Assembly: GCA_946610035.1 (NCBI GenBank)
Contig: CAMOCC010000004.1
Location: 3,158-67,157, forward strand
Length of the DNA stretch: 64,000 bases
Source: an uncultured Verrucomicrobiota bacterium
Lineage (GTDB): Bacteria > Verrucomicrobiota > Kiritimatiellia > RFP12 > UBA1067
Reading direction: 5' to 3'
The position numbers and the translations under genes were made by a program. A model generated the notes under the pieces. That model was not told the DNA's origin. It saw nothing but the letters and a program-made list of their open reading frames with translations, and did not search any database. Below, piece by piece: positions 56,439-64,000 of the stretch. How positions within the stretch are numbered: position 1 is the stretch's first letter; every line of letters begins with the position of its first letter.

Positions 56439-57362
56439 ATGTCCAATTGCTGTATTTTCGCCGGCCAGGGTGCACAGGTTCCCGGCATGGGGCGTGATTT
56501 CGCCGAAGGCGACCAGGAAGTAATGAAACTCTTCGACACGGCCAACGCCGTGCTTGGATTCGACCTCAAGAAGACGTGCTTCGAGGGCCCCGCCGAGGAG
56601 CTCACGAAGTCCAACATCTGCCAGCCCGCGATATTCGTGACGTCGTATGCGGCCTACCTCACGCTGCAGAAGCGCCGTCCGACCGAGTTCGTCTGCGCGG
56701 CCGGCCTCTCCCTCGGCGAGTGGGGCGCCCTCTGCGCGGCGGGCGTCCTCGACTTCGACTCGACGCTGAAGGTGCTCGAGGCTCGCGGCAGGTTCATGCA
56801 GGAGGCCTGCGAGGCGACGCCTTCCGGGATGATTGCGATCGTCGGCGCCTCGGCCGACCAGCTCAAGGCGATTTGCGAGAGGACGGGATGCACGGTAGCC
56901 AACGTCAATTCGGCGGCGCAGCAGGTCCTTTCCGGCTCCAAGGACGCCGTCGCCCAGGCGGCGGCCGTCGCGAAGGAGCTCGGCGTCAAGCGCGCGATTC
57001 CGCTCGCGACTGCGGGCGCGTTCCACTCCCCGTTCATGGCCCCGGCGCGCGAGAAGCTCGCGCCCGTCCTCGACTCGATCGCCTTCAAGTCGCCGAAGTT
57101 CCCCGTCCTCTCCAACGTCACGGGCAGGCCCCATTCGTCCGATCCGGGCGAGATCAAGGCGCTCATGCTCGAGCAGGTGACGGGGACGACGAACTGGGCG
57201 GCGGACGTCGCGGCGGCGAAGGAACTCGGCTGCACGACGTTCGTTGAGTTCGGTCCGGGGAAGGTCCTCTCGGGCCTCGTCAAGAAGATCGACGCGACGC
57301 TTGCGACGACGAACGTCGCGGACCTCGCCTCCCTCGACGCGACACTCGCCGCGCTCGGCTGA
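56439..57362 (+). CDS. fabD: Malonyl-CoA:ACP transacylase
   Basis: FAGQGAQ..GMG, GLSLGEWGAL (active-site Ser), ..GAFHSPFM.. motifs. Confidence 0.9.
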   Translation: MSNCCIFAGQGAQVPGMGRDFAEGDQEVMKLFDTANAVLGFDLKKTCFEGPAEELTKSNICQPAIFVTSYAAYLTLQKRRPTEFVCAAGLSLGEWGALCAAGVLDFDSTLKVLEARGRFMQEACEATPSGMIAIVGASADQLKAICERTGCTVANVNSAAQQVLSGSKDAVAQAAAVAKELGVKRAIPLATAGAFHSPFMAPAREKLAPVLDSIAFKSPKFPVLSNVTGRPHSSDPGEIKALMLEQVTGTTNWAADVAAAKELGCTTFVEFGPGKVLSGLVKKIDATLATTNVADLASLDATLAALG

Positions 57363-57369
57363 AGGGGAA

Positions 57370-57397
57370 GTTGAAAGTTAAGAGTTATGAGTTAAAG
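57370..57397. repeat. Four tandem heptamers GTTGAAA GTTAAGA GTTATGA GTTAAAG in the fabD-etfB spacer
   Basis: Read directly; same family as the left half of the 12094-12181 block. Confidence 0.9.
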
Positions 57398-57439
57398 GGC
57401 GCTTTGAGCCAAGAGCGCCTTCAAAACAGGGTTAGCGAT

Positions 57440-58303
57440 ATGACAACGACTAAAGGCCGCCCAGGCGGATACAATTCGGTGGTCTGCATCAAGCAGGTTC
57501 CGGATACGAAGAAGGTGACAGGTCAGGCCATGAAGGCCGACGGAACTATCAACCGCGCGGCGCTGCCGGCGATTTTCAACCCCGAGGACCGCAACGCGCT
57601 TGAAGCGGCGCTCAAGGTCAAGGAGGAGTGCGGCGGCACGGTGACGGTCGTCACGATGGGCCTCCCCAAGGCGTGCGACATCCTCAGGACCGCCCTCATG
57701 TGCGGGGCGGACAAGGCGTACCTCCTTACGGACCGCGCGGCCGCGGGGTCCGACACGCTCGCGACGAGCTACATCCTCTCGCAGGCGGTCCGCTCGCTCA
57801 AGCCCGACCTCGTCTTCTGCGGACGCCAGGCCATCGACGGCGACACCGCCCAGGTCGGCCCCCAGATCGCCGAGAAGCTCGACTTCGCGGCGATCACGTA
57901 CCTCGAGGGAATCGAGATGGACGGCGACTACGCGATCGCCACGCGCGACATCGGCACGGGCGTCGAGCGCGACCGCGTGAAGCTCCCCGCGCTCTTCACC
58001 GTCACCGACAGGTTCGGCGAGCTGCGCCCGATGGACGTCCGCCGCGTCATGAAGTACAAGCGCGCGAAGGCTCCCGTCGAGAACGGCGGCGTCGCGCCCG
58101 AAGGCGACCTCGCAATCGGACAGCTCTCCTGCGCCGACGTCGGCTGCGAGCCTGAACGCTGCGGCTTCGCCGGCTCGCCCACGAACGTCAACAAGATCGT
58201 CTCCGTCGTCCTCGCAGGCGGCGAGTTCAAGGAGGTCGCGCCCACCGACGAGGGTGTCGCGGGGCTCGTCTCCGAACTCATGGCGGACCACACGATCGGT
58301 TAA
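57440..58303 (+). CDS. etfB: Electron transfer flavoprotein beta subunit
   Basis: ..VVCIKQVPDT.., ..DLVFCGRQAIDGDTAQVGPQIAE.. motifs; internal ATG preferred over the 57371 TTG. Confidence 0.9.
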   Translation: MTTTKGRPGGYNSVVCIKQVPDTKKVTGQAMKADGTINRAALPAIFNPEDRNALEAALKVKEECGGTVTVVTMGLPKACDILRTALMCGADKAYLLTDRAAAGSDTLATSYILSQAVRSLKPDLVFCGRQAIDGDTAQVGPQIAEKLDFAAITYLEGIEMDGDYAIATRDIGTGVERDRVKLPALFTVTDRFGELRPMDVRRVMKYKRAKAPVENGGVAPEGDLAIGQLSCADVGCEPERCGFAGSPTNVNKIVSVVLAGGEFKEVAPTDEGVAGLVSELMADHTIG

Positions 58304-58321
58304 GCGGAAAGGTTCTTCTAC

Positions 58322-59353
58322 ATGGCAAACGATAGATCGAAGGGCGAAGTCTGGGTCTTCGCCGAACAGGAAGACGGAAAGCTGAGCGACGTTCCCATGG
58401 AACTCCTCGGCAAGGGGCGCGAACTCGCCGACAGGCTGGGCGTCCCGCTCGCTGCGGTGCTAATGGGGGACGGGGTGGCGTCGCTCGCCGACGACCTCTT
58501 CGCGGCGGGGGCGGACAAGGTGCACCTCGTCGAGGACAGGGAGCTGAAGGTGTTCCGCGGCAAGGCGTACCGCCATGCGTTCGTGGAGCTCATCAAGGAA
58601 TGCGCCCCGCAGATCGTCATCTTCGGTGCGACGCACATGGGCCGCGACCTCGGCCCCGCCGTCGCCTCGGCGCTCAGGTGCGGCCTTACGGCGGACTGCA
58701 CCGACCTCCAGATCGGCGACTACACGGATCCCAAGACGAAGGAGTCGTTCACGAACATCCTCCAGCAGATCCGCCCCGCCTTCGGCGGCAACATCATCGC
58801 GACGATCGTCAACCCCCGCAACTGGCCCCAGATGGCGACGGTTCGCGAGGGCGTCATGAAGCCGCTCGAACCGCAGCCCGGAAGGAAGGGCGAACTCGTC
58901 CGCCACGACTCGAAGCTCGACGGCGTCGAAATCCCGGTGGAGGTCCTCGAGATCGTCCGCCGCCATTCGTCCGTCAACCTCAAGGGCGCGCGCATCATCG
59001 TCGCGGGCGGCGCGGGAGTCGGCTCGAAGGAGAACTTCAGGCAGCTCTTCGCCCTTGCGGACGCCATCGGCGGCGCAGTCGGCGCGAGCCGCGCGGCCGT
59101 CGACCTCGGCTACTGCGAGCACGAGCGCCAGATCGGGCAGACGGGCGTAACCGTCCGCCCCGCGCTCTTCATCAGCTGCGGCATCTCCGGCGCGGTGCAG
59201 CACCTCGCCGGCATGCAGGACTCCGCCAAGATCATCGCCATCAACACGGACCGCGACGCGCCGATCTTCAAGGTCGCCCACTACGGCATCGTCGGCGACC
59301 TGAACGTCGTCATCCCGAAGATGATCAAGGCGATCAAGGCGGGGAGCAAGTGA
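58322..59353 (+). CDS. etfA: Electron transfer flavoprotein alpha subunit
   Basis: ..IIVAGGAGVGS.., ..GASRAAVD.GY....QIGQTG..V.P.LFISCGISGAVQH.. FAD-binding motifs. Confidence 0.9.
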   Translation: MANDRSKGEVWVFAEQEDGKLSDVPMELLGKGRELADRLGVPLAAVLMGDGVASLADDLFAAGADKVHLVEDRELKVFRGKAYRHAFVELIKECAPQIVIFGATHMGRDLGPAVASALRCGLTADCTDLQIGDYTDPKTKESFTNILQQIRPAFGGNIIATIVNPRNWPQMATVREGVMKPLEPQPGRKGELVRHDSKLDGVEIPVEVLEIVRRHSSVNLKGARIIVAGGAGVGSKENFRQLFALADAIGGAVGASRAAVDLGYCEHERQIGQTGVTVRPALFISCGISGAVQHLAGMQDSAKIIAINTDRDAPIFKVAHYGIVGDLNVVIPKMIKAIKAGSK

Positions 59354-59390
59354 TCCGCCGATCGTGACCACATAGACAAAGAGGTATCAA

Positions 59391-61133
59391 ATGGCTAATT
59401 TCTACATAGACAACCCCGACATCGCGAAGACGATAGACGCGCTCGACCTGGGCGAGGTCGCGACGCTCCTCGAGCAGGACTTCAAGTTCGCGAAGGAATA
59501 CGACATGGCGCCGACTTCGGCCGAGGACGCGATAGACAACTACAAGCGCGCCCTCGACGTCTGCGGCGACGTCGTCGGCAACCGCATCGCCCCCACGGCC
59601 GAGGAGACTGACAGGGTCGGCAACATCCTCAACGAGGACGGAACCGTCACCTACACGCCCGGAATCAAGCTCGCAATCGAGCTCCTCGGGCGCTCGCGCC
59701 TCTCAGGATGCACGATTCCGTACTACCTCGGCGGACTCAACATGCCCTGCACGATCCTCACGGCGTGCAACGAGATCGTGAGCCGCGCCGACGCCGCGCT
59801 CATGAACATCTTCGGGCTCCAGGGCATCGCCGAGACGATCAACGCCTTCGCGAGCGAGGAGATCAAGAAGGAGTACGTCCCGAAGCTCTGCGACGGAACG
59901 TACACGGGCGCGATGGTCCTCACCGAGCCCGACGCGGGGTCCGACCTCCAGAGCGTCAAGACGTCCGCCTACCAGGACGAGAACGGCAACTGGTTCGTGA
60001 ACGGCGTCAAGCGCTTCATCACAAACGGCTGCGGCGACGTCCTGCTCGTCCTCGCCCGCACGGAGCCCGGCACGACCAACGGCGCGGGACTTTCCTGCCT
60101 CCTCGTCGAGAGGTGCCCGCAGGTCAAGATACGCCGCCTCGAGCACAAGCTCGGCATCAACGGCTCGCCCACGTGCGAAATGGTCTTCAACAACGCCCCG
60201 GCGAAGCTCGTCGGCCAGCGCAAGCGCGGACTCATCACGTACGTCATGGCGCTCATGAACGGCGCACGCGTCGGCATCTCCGCGCAGGGCACCGGCATCG
60301 GCGAGGCCGCCTACCGCGCCGCGCGCGACTACGCGGCCGCCCGCAAGCAGTTCGGCGTAACCATCGACACCTTCCCCGCGCTCAGGGAGCTTATGTGCGA
60401 CATGTCCGTGGACGTACAGGCCGCGCGACTCCTCGCCTACTACGGGTCGAAGTCCGTGGACCTCGAGAACGGCCTCACGCGCAAGTTCGAGTCCCTCAAG
60501 GGCACCCCCGAGGCGATGGAGGTGCGCAAGCGCATGAAGGTCTACGCCGGCTTCAACAAGATGCTCACGCCGATGGCCAAGTACTACGCCTCCGAGATGT
60601 CCACGCGCGTCTCCAACGGCGCGGTCGCCGTCCTCGGCGGCTCCGGCTACATGAAGGACTACCCCGTCGAGCGCTACCTGCGCGACGCGAGGATCACCTC
60701 CATATACGAGGGGACCTCCCAGCTGCAGGTCGTCGCCGCCATCGCGGGCGTCACCGCCGGACTCTACAACGACGTCGTAGCCGACGTCTACAACGGAATC
60801 GACACGTCCGCCTTCGAGGCCGAGAAGGCCGAGATCGCGAAGCTCGCGGCGGAGGTCGACTCGGCGGTCGCCTACGTGAAGGCCCACCCCGAGGGCAAGG
60901 CCTACCACGACCTCCACGCGCGCCAGCTCGTGGACGGCGCGATCGCCGCCATAGTCGGCGCCCTCTTCGTCCGCTTCGCGGCCAAGTTCGAGGAGAAGAA
61001 ACCCGCCCTCGCCTACTGGCTTGCGACGAAGTTCCCGACGGCGTACGCGGAACTCGCCAAGGCCAAGAGCGGCTACATGGCGTCCGTCACCGACTTCGAG
61101 AAGATCGCGCCCGCGGTCGTCCAGGAGGACTGA
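59391..61133 (+). CDS. Long-type acyl-CoA dehydrogenase
   Basis: ..TEPDAGSD.., ..GVKRFITNG.., ..YEGTSQLQ.. ACAD motifs; extra C-terminal domain; follows etfBA. Confidence 0.9.
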   Translation: MANFYIDNPDIAKTIDALDLGEVATLLEQDFKFAKEYDMAPTSAEDAIDNYKRALDVCGDVVGNRIAPTAEETDRVGNILNEDGTVTYTPGIKLAIELLGRSRLSGCTIPYYLGGLNMPCTILTACNEIVSRADAALMNIFGLQGIAETINAFASEEIKKEYVPKLCDGTYTGAMVLTEPDAGSDLQSVKTSAYQDENGNWFVNGVKRFITNGCGDVLLVLARTEPGTTNGAGLSCLLVERCPQVKIRRLEHKLGINGSPTCEMVFNNAPAKLVGQRKRGLITYVMALMNGARVGISAQGTGIGEAAYRAARDYAAARKQFGVTIDTFPALRELMCDMSVDVQAARLLAYYGSKSVDLENGLTRKFESLKGTPEAMEVRKRMKVYAGFNKMLTPMAKYYASEMSTRVSNGAVAVLGGSGYMKDYPVERYLRDARITSIYEGTSQLQVVAAIAGVTAGLYNDVVADVYNGIDTSAFEAEKAEIAKLAAEVDSAVAYVKAHPEGKAYHDLHARQLVDGAIAAIVGALFVRFAAKFEEKKPALAYWLATKFPTAYAELAKAKSGYMASVTDFEKIAPAVVQED

Positions 61134-61135
61134 CC

Positions 61136-62647
61136 ATGATCTGCGTGAAGCGTCTTCTTGCGTCCGCCACCGCCGCCGCGCTCGCCTGCGCGGCGACGGC
61201 GGAGGTCAGGCTTGGTGCCCCGTTTGCGGACGGGATGGTCCTCCAACGCGGGATGGAGGCCCCCGTCTGGGGCGTCGCCGATCCCGGCGAGTCAGTGTCC
61301 GTCACCTTCGCCGGCGTCACCGTCGGCGCAACGGCTGACGAAAAGGGTCGCTTCATGGCAAGGCTGCCGAAGATGGAGGCGTGCGGAGAAGGACGCGAAC
61401 TCGTCGTCACCGGGTCCTCGACTGTCAAGGTCGCGGACGTTCTGGTGGGCGAGGTGTGGTTCTGCTGCGGACAGTCCAACACCGAGCTCCCCCTCGTGGG
61501 CGGCAACCCGCACTTCAGCGACCGCCAGGGCCGCCTCGTCGCTCAGATGACGAGGAAGCCCCTCGTCCGCTTCGTGTACGCCTCCGACTACAAGTTCAGC
61601 GTTGAGCCGAAGACAATGGCGGACTACCACGTCGCGTGGAAGACGTTCACGCCGCAGAACCTCGGCGCAGCGCCAAGCTTCTCGGCAATCGGCGTCTACT
61701 TCGCACTCGAACTCGCCTCCGCGTTCCCGGACCTCCCCATCGGAATCGTCGGCTCCTACTGGGGCGGGACGAACATCGACGCGTGGACGCCCCGCAGCGG
61801 CTACGAGGGGAAGGACTCCCTCAAGGAGGTCGCCGCGTGGCAGGTCGTCGACGGCAAGGTGTGGACAAACTACATGAAGCACGGTCCCGTGGTGGCCGTC
61901 CACCAGCAGCCGACCGTCCTCTGGAACGAGATGGTCGCGCCGTGGTGTCCGATGGCGATGCGCGGCTTCATCTGGTACCAGGGCTGCCACAACAGTGAGG
62001 AGCCGGAGCTCTATTGCGACAAGATGCACGCGCTCTACGACGGCTGGTCGAAGGAGTTCGCGAATCCGGACCTCAAGCTCTACTTCGTCCAGCTCGCCCC
62101 GTGGCAGCTGCCGTTCTGGGGAATCCAGCTCGCCCAGGCGAAGTTCGCGAAGGAGGAGAGGAACGCCGCGCTCGTGACGACTTGCGACATCGGCAACGGA
62201 GCCGACATCCATCCGAACGAGAAGGGGACGATAGGCAAGCGCCTGGCCGCGCTTGCGCTCAAGTACGACTACGGCTTCAAGGACCTTGTCGCCGATGCGC
62301 CGACCCTGAAGGGCATTTGCGCCGAGGAGGGAAGGCTCGCGCTCCGCTTCGACAACGCCGACGGATGGTACTTCTACGACCCCGCATGGGGCGTTGACTA
62401 CGGCTTCGAGATCGCCGGCGCAGACGGGAAGTGGAAGCCCGCCGTCATCGTCAACGCGAACAACGGCAGGACTGAGAGCGCCGGCTGGAAGACCAACGGC
62501 GTCGTCGACGGACGCGACCTCATCCTCGCGGCGGACGGCGTGGAGAAGCCCGTGAAGGTGCGCTACCTCTACCAGAAGCCGTGGGTCGGCGGACTCTTCT
62601 CCACGAGCGGACTCCCGCTCGGTCCGTTTGAGGCGGAAGTAAAGTAG
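61136..62647 (+). CDS. Sialate O-acetylesterase (SASA/SGNH-like)
   Basis: Signal peptide; ..FADGMVLQRG...VWG.., GEVWFCCGQSNTE, ..FIWYQG.. motifs. Confidence 0.8.
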   Translation: MICVKRLLASATAAALACAATAEVRLGAPFADGMVLQRGMEAPVWGVADPGESVSVTFAGVTVGATADEKGRFMARLPKMEACGEGRELVVTGSSTVKVADVLVGEVWFCCGQSNTELPLVGGNPHFSDRQGRLVAQMTRKPLVRFVYASDYKFSVEPKTMADYHVAWKTFTPQNLGAAPSFSAIGVYFALELASAFPDLPIGIVGSYWGGTNIDAWTPRSGYEGKDSLKEVAAWQVVDGKVWTNYMKHGPVVAVHQQPTVLWNEMVAPWCPMAMRGFIWYQGCHNSEEPELYCDKMHALYDGWSKEFANPDLKLYFVQLAPWQLPFWGIQLAQAKFAKEERNAALVTTCDIGNGADIHPNEKGTIGKRLAALALKYDYGFKDLVADAPTLKGICAEEGRLALRFDNADGWYFYDPAWGVDYGFEIAGADGKWKPAVIVNANNGRTESAGWKTNGVVDGRDLILAADGVEKPVKVRYLYQKPWVGGLFSTSGLPLGPFEAEVK

Positions 62648-62662
62648 GAAGGGGATTCCCAG

Positions 62663-63958
62663 ATGTTTGAAGGCACGGTATTCGGCAAACTGGACCAGAA
62701 ACTGCAGCATGCGATAGCCGACGCAGGCTACAAGACGCCGACGCCGATACAGGCGGAGGCGATGCCGTACCTCTTCGAGGGTCGTGACTTCATAGGCTGC
62801 GCGCAGACAGGCACGGGCAAGACAGCGGCCTTCATGCTGCCGATATTGAACCACCTCGTCAAGGTGCGCCGTCCGCGCCACATCGGGCATCCAAGGGCGC
62901 TCGTCCTCTCGCCCACGCGCGAACTCGCGGCGCAGACCGCCGAGAACGTGAAGAAGTTCTCCAAGTACGTGCAGCTCCCGTTCGCGTGCGTCTTCGGCGG
63001 CGTTTCGCAGTTCGGGCAGGTCAAGGACATCAAGAAGGGAGCCGAGACCGTCGTCGCCTGCCCCGGACGCCTCATCGACCTCATGACGCAGGGGATACTC
63101 TACCTCGACCAGGTCGAGTGCTTCGTGCTGGACGAGGCGGACCGAATGCTTGACATGGGCTTCCTGCCGGACATCCGCCGTATCATCTCCAAGCTCCCGA
63201 AGGCGCGGCAGTCGCTCTTCTTCTCCGCAACGATGCCGCCCGCCGTCCGCAATCTTGCGGGCGAACTCGTCCACGATCCCGCGCAGGTCACCATCGCCCC
63301 CGAGACGCCCACGGTCGAGAAGATCAACCAGAAGGTGATGATGGTCGAGAAGGCGCAGAAGGACGCGCTCCTCATACATCTGCTCAAGAACCATCCCGAA
63401 TGGAACAAGGTCATCGTCTTCACGAAGATGCGCCACGGCGCGGACCGCGTGAACAAGAAGCTCATGCGCGCGGGGATGACGTGCGCGGCGATCCATTCGG
63501 ACAAGACGCAGAACCAGCGTACGCGCGCCCTCGTGGGCTTCAAGCGCGGAGACGTCCGCGTGCTTGTCGCGACGGACATCGCGAGCCGCGGCATCGACGT
63601 CCCCGAAGTCTCCTGCGTCGTCAACATGGAGCTTCCGCTGGAGACGGAAAGCTACGTCCACAGAATCGGCCGCACCGCCCGCGCGGGCGAGTCGGGCGCG
63701 GCGATCAGCTTCGTGACGGGCGAGGAGCGCGGACAGCTCAAGGCGGTCGAGCGCTTCATAAAGAAGTCGATTCCGGTCGACAGGGACCATCCGTTCCACA
63801 GCGATTTCGCGGACAGGAAGGCGGGGAAGTCGAGCGAAGGCCTTCCAACCGCCCCGTGGGTTCATCCGGCGAACCGCAACAAGACGAACCGCAAGCGCCA
63901 GGGGCACAAGTCGTTCCTCGGACGCCGCCAGCCCGATTTCGGGCAAAAGGATCTGTGA
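62663..63958 (+). CDS. rhlE: DEAD-box ATP-dependent RNA helicase (RhlE-like) with basic C-terminal tail
   Basis: Q-motif, AQTGTGKT, DEAD, SAT, HRIGRTARAG. Confidence 0.9.
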   Translation: MFEGTVFGKLDQKLQHAIADAGYKTPTPIQAEAMPYLFEGRDFIGCAQTGTGKTAAFMLPILNHLVKVRRPRHIGHPRALVLSPTRELAAQTAENVKKFSKYVQLPFACVFGGVSQFGQVKDIKKGAETVVACPGRLIDLMTQGILYLDQVECFVLDEADRMLDMGFLPDIRRIISKLPKARQSLFFSATMPPAVRNLAGELVHDPAQVTIAPETPTVEKINQKVMMVEKAQKDALLIHLLKNHPEWNKVIVFTKMRHGADRVNKKLMRAGMTCAAIHSDKTQNQRTRALVGFKRGDVRVLVATDIASRGIDVPEVSCVVNMELPLETESYVHRIGRTARAGESGAAISFVTGEERGQLKAVERFIKKSIPVDRDHPFHSDFADRKAGKSSEGLPTAPWVHPANRNKTNRKRQGHKSFLGRRQPDFGQKDL

Positions 63959-64000
63959 TCCGCGTCAGGCGTCCGCCTTCAGCTCCTCGAGCTTCGTGGC

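Noticed and set aside
63965-64000. Possible 3' end of a minus-strand gene at the window edge (..ATKLEELKADA*)
   Set aside because: Only 12 codons are visible, so neither the frame nor the identity can be supported.

Overview
GC-rich bacterial chromosome segment. There is no rRNA, so the taxon cannot be fixed from this window. The gene content (nrdDG, rubredoxin, EtfAB plus acyl-CoA dehydrogenase, LarBC, GH35 beta-galactosidase, sialate O-acetylesterase, UxaAB, type III glutamine synthetase, Sel1 and RRM proteins) suggests an anaerobic, glycan-using organism. I count about 50 protein genes, almost all on the + strand, plus 3 tRNAs (Leu-TAG, Thr-CGT, His-GTG) and RNase P RNA. Most of the window is housekeeping or metabolic. 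The stand-out is a visibly AT-richer insert of about 12 kb (roughly 30.4-42.6 kb) that forms one tightly packed + strand operon. It starts with a Type ISP-like Mrr-helicase-MTase gene that is split at the MTase/target-recognition boundary by a nested YhcG/DUF1016 nuclease gene; a G10 tract sits at the junction and twin covarying palindromes lie inside the nested gene. Next come a detached target-recognition module fused to an ASCH-like domain, a 1068-aa transmembrane KAP P-loop NTPase, and a DUF262/GmrSD-like nuclease. Decayed fragments of other defence-type genes flank the insert, and no integrase or transposase is visible. Three other signals recur across the window. TGnTATAAT extended -10 promoters sit 6-11 nt from start codons, implying leaderless mRNAs. 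A consensus sigma-54 promoter precedes glnN. Three families of 7-10 bp tandem repeats occur at gene junctions and, in frame, inside uxaA and an SBP-permease fusion gene. All calls come from reading the sequence and ORF translations by eye; no searches were run.
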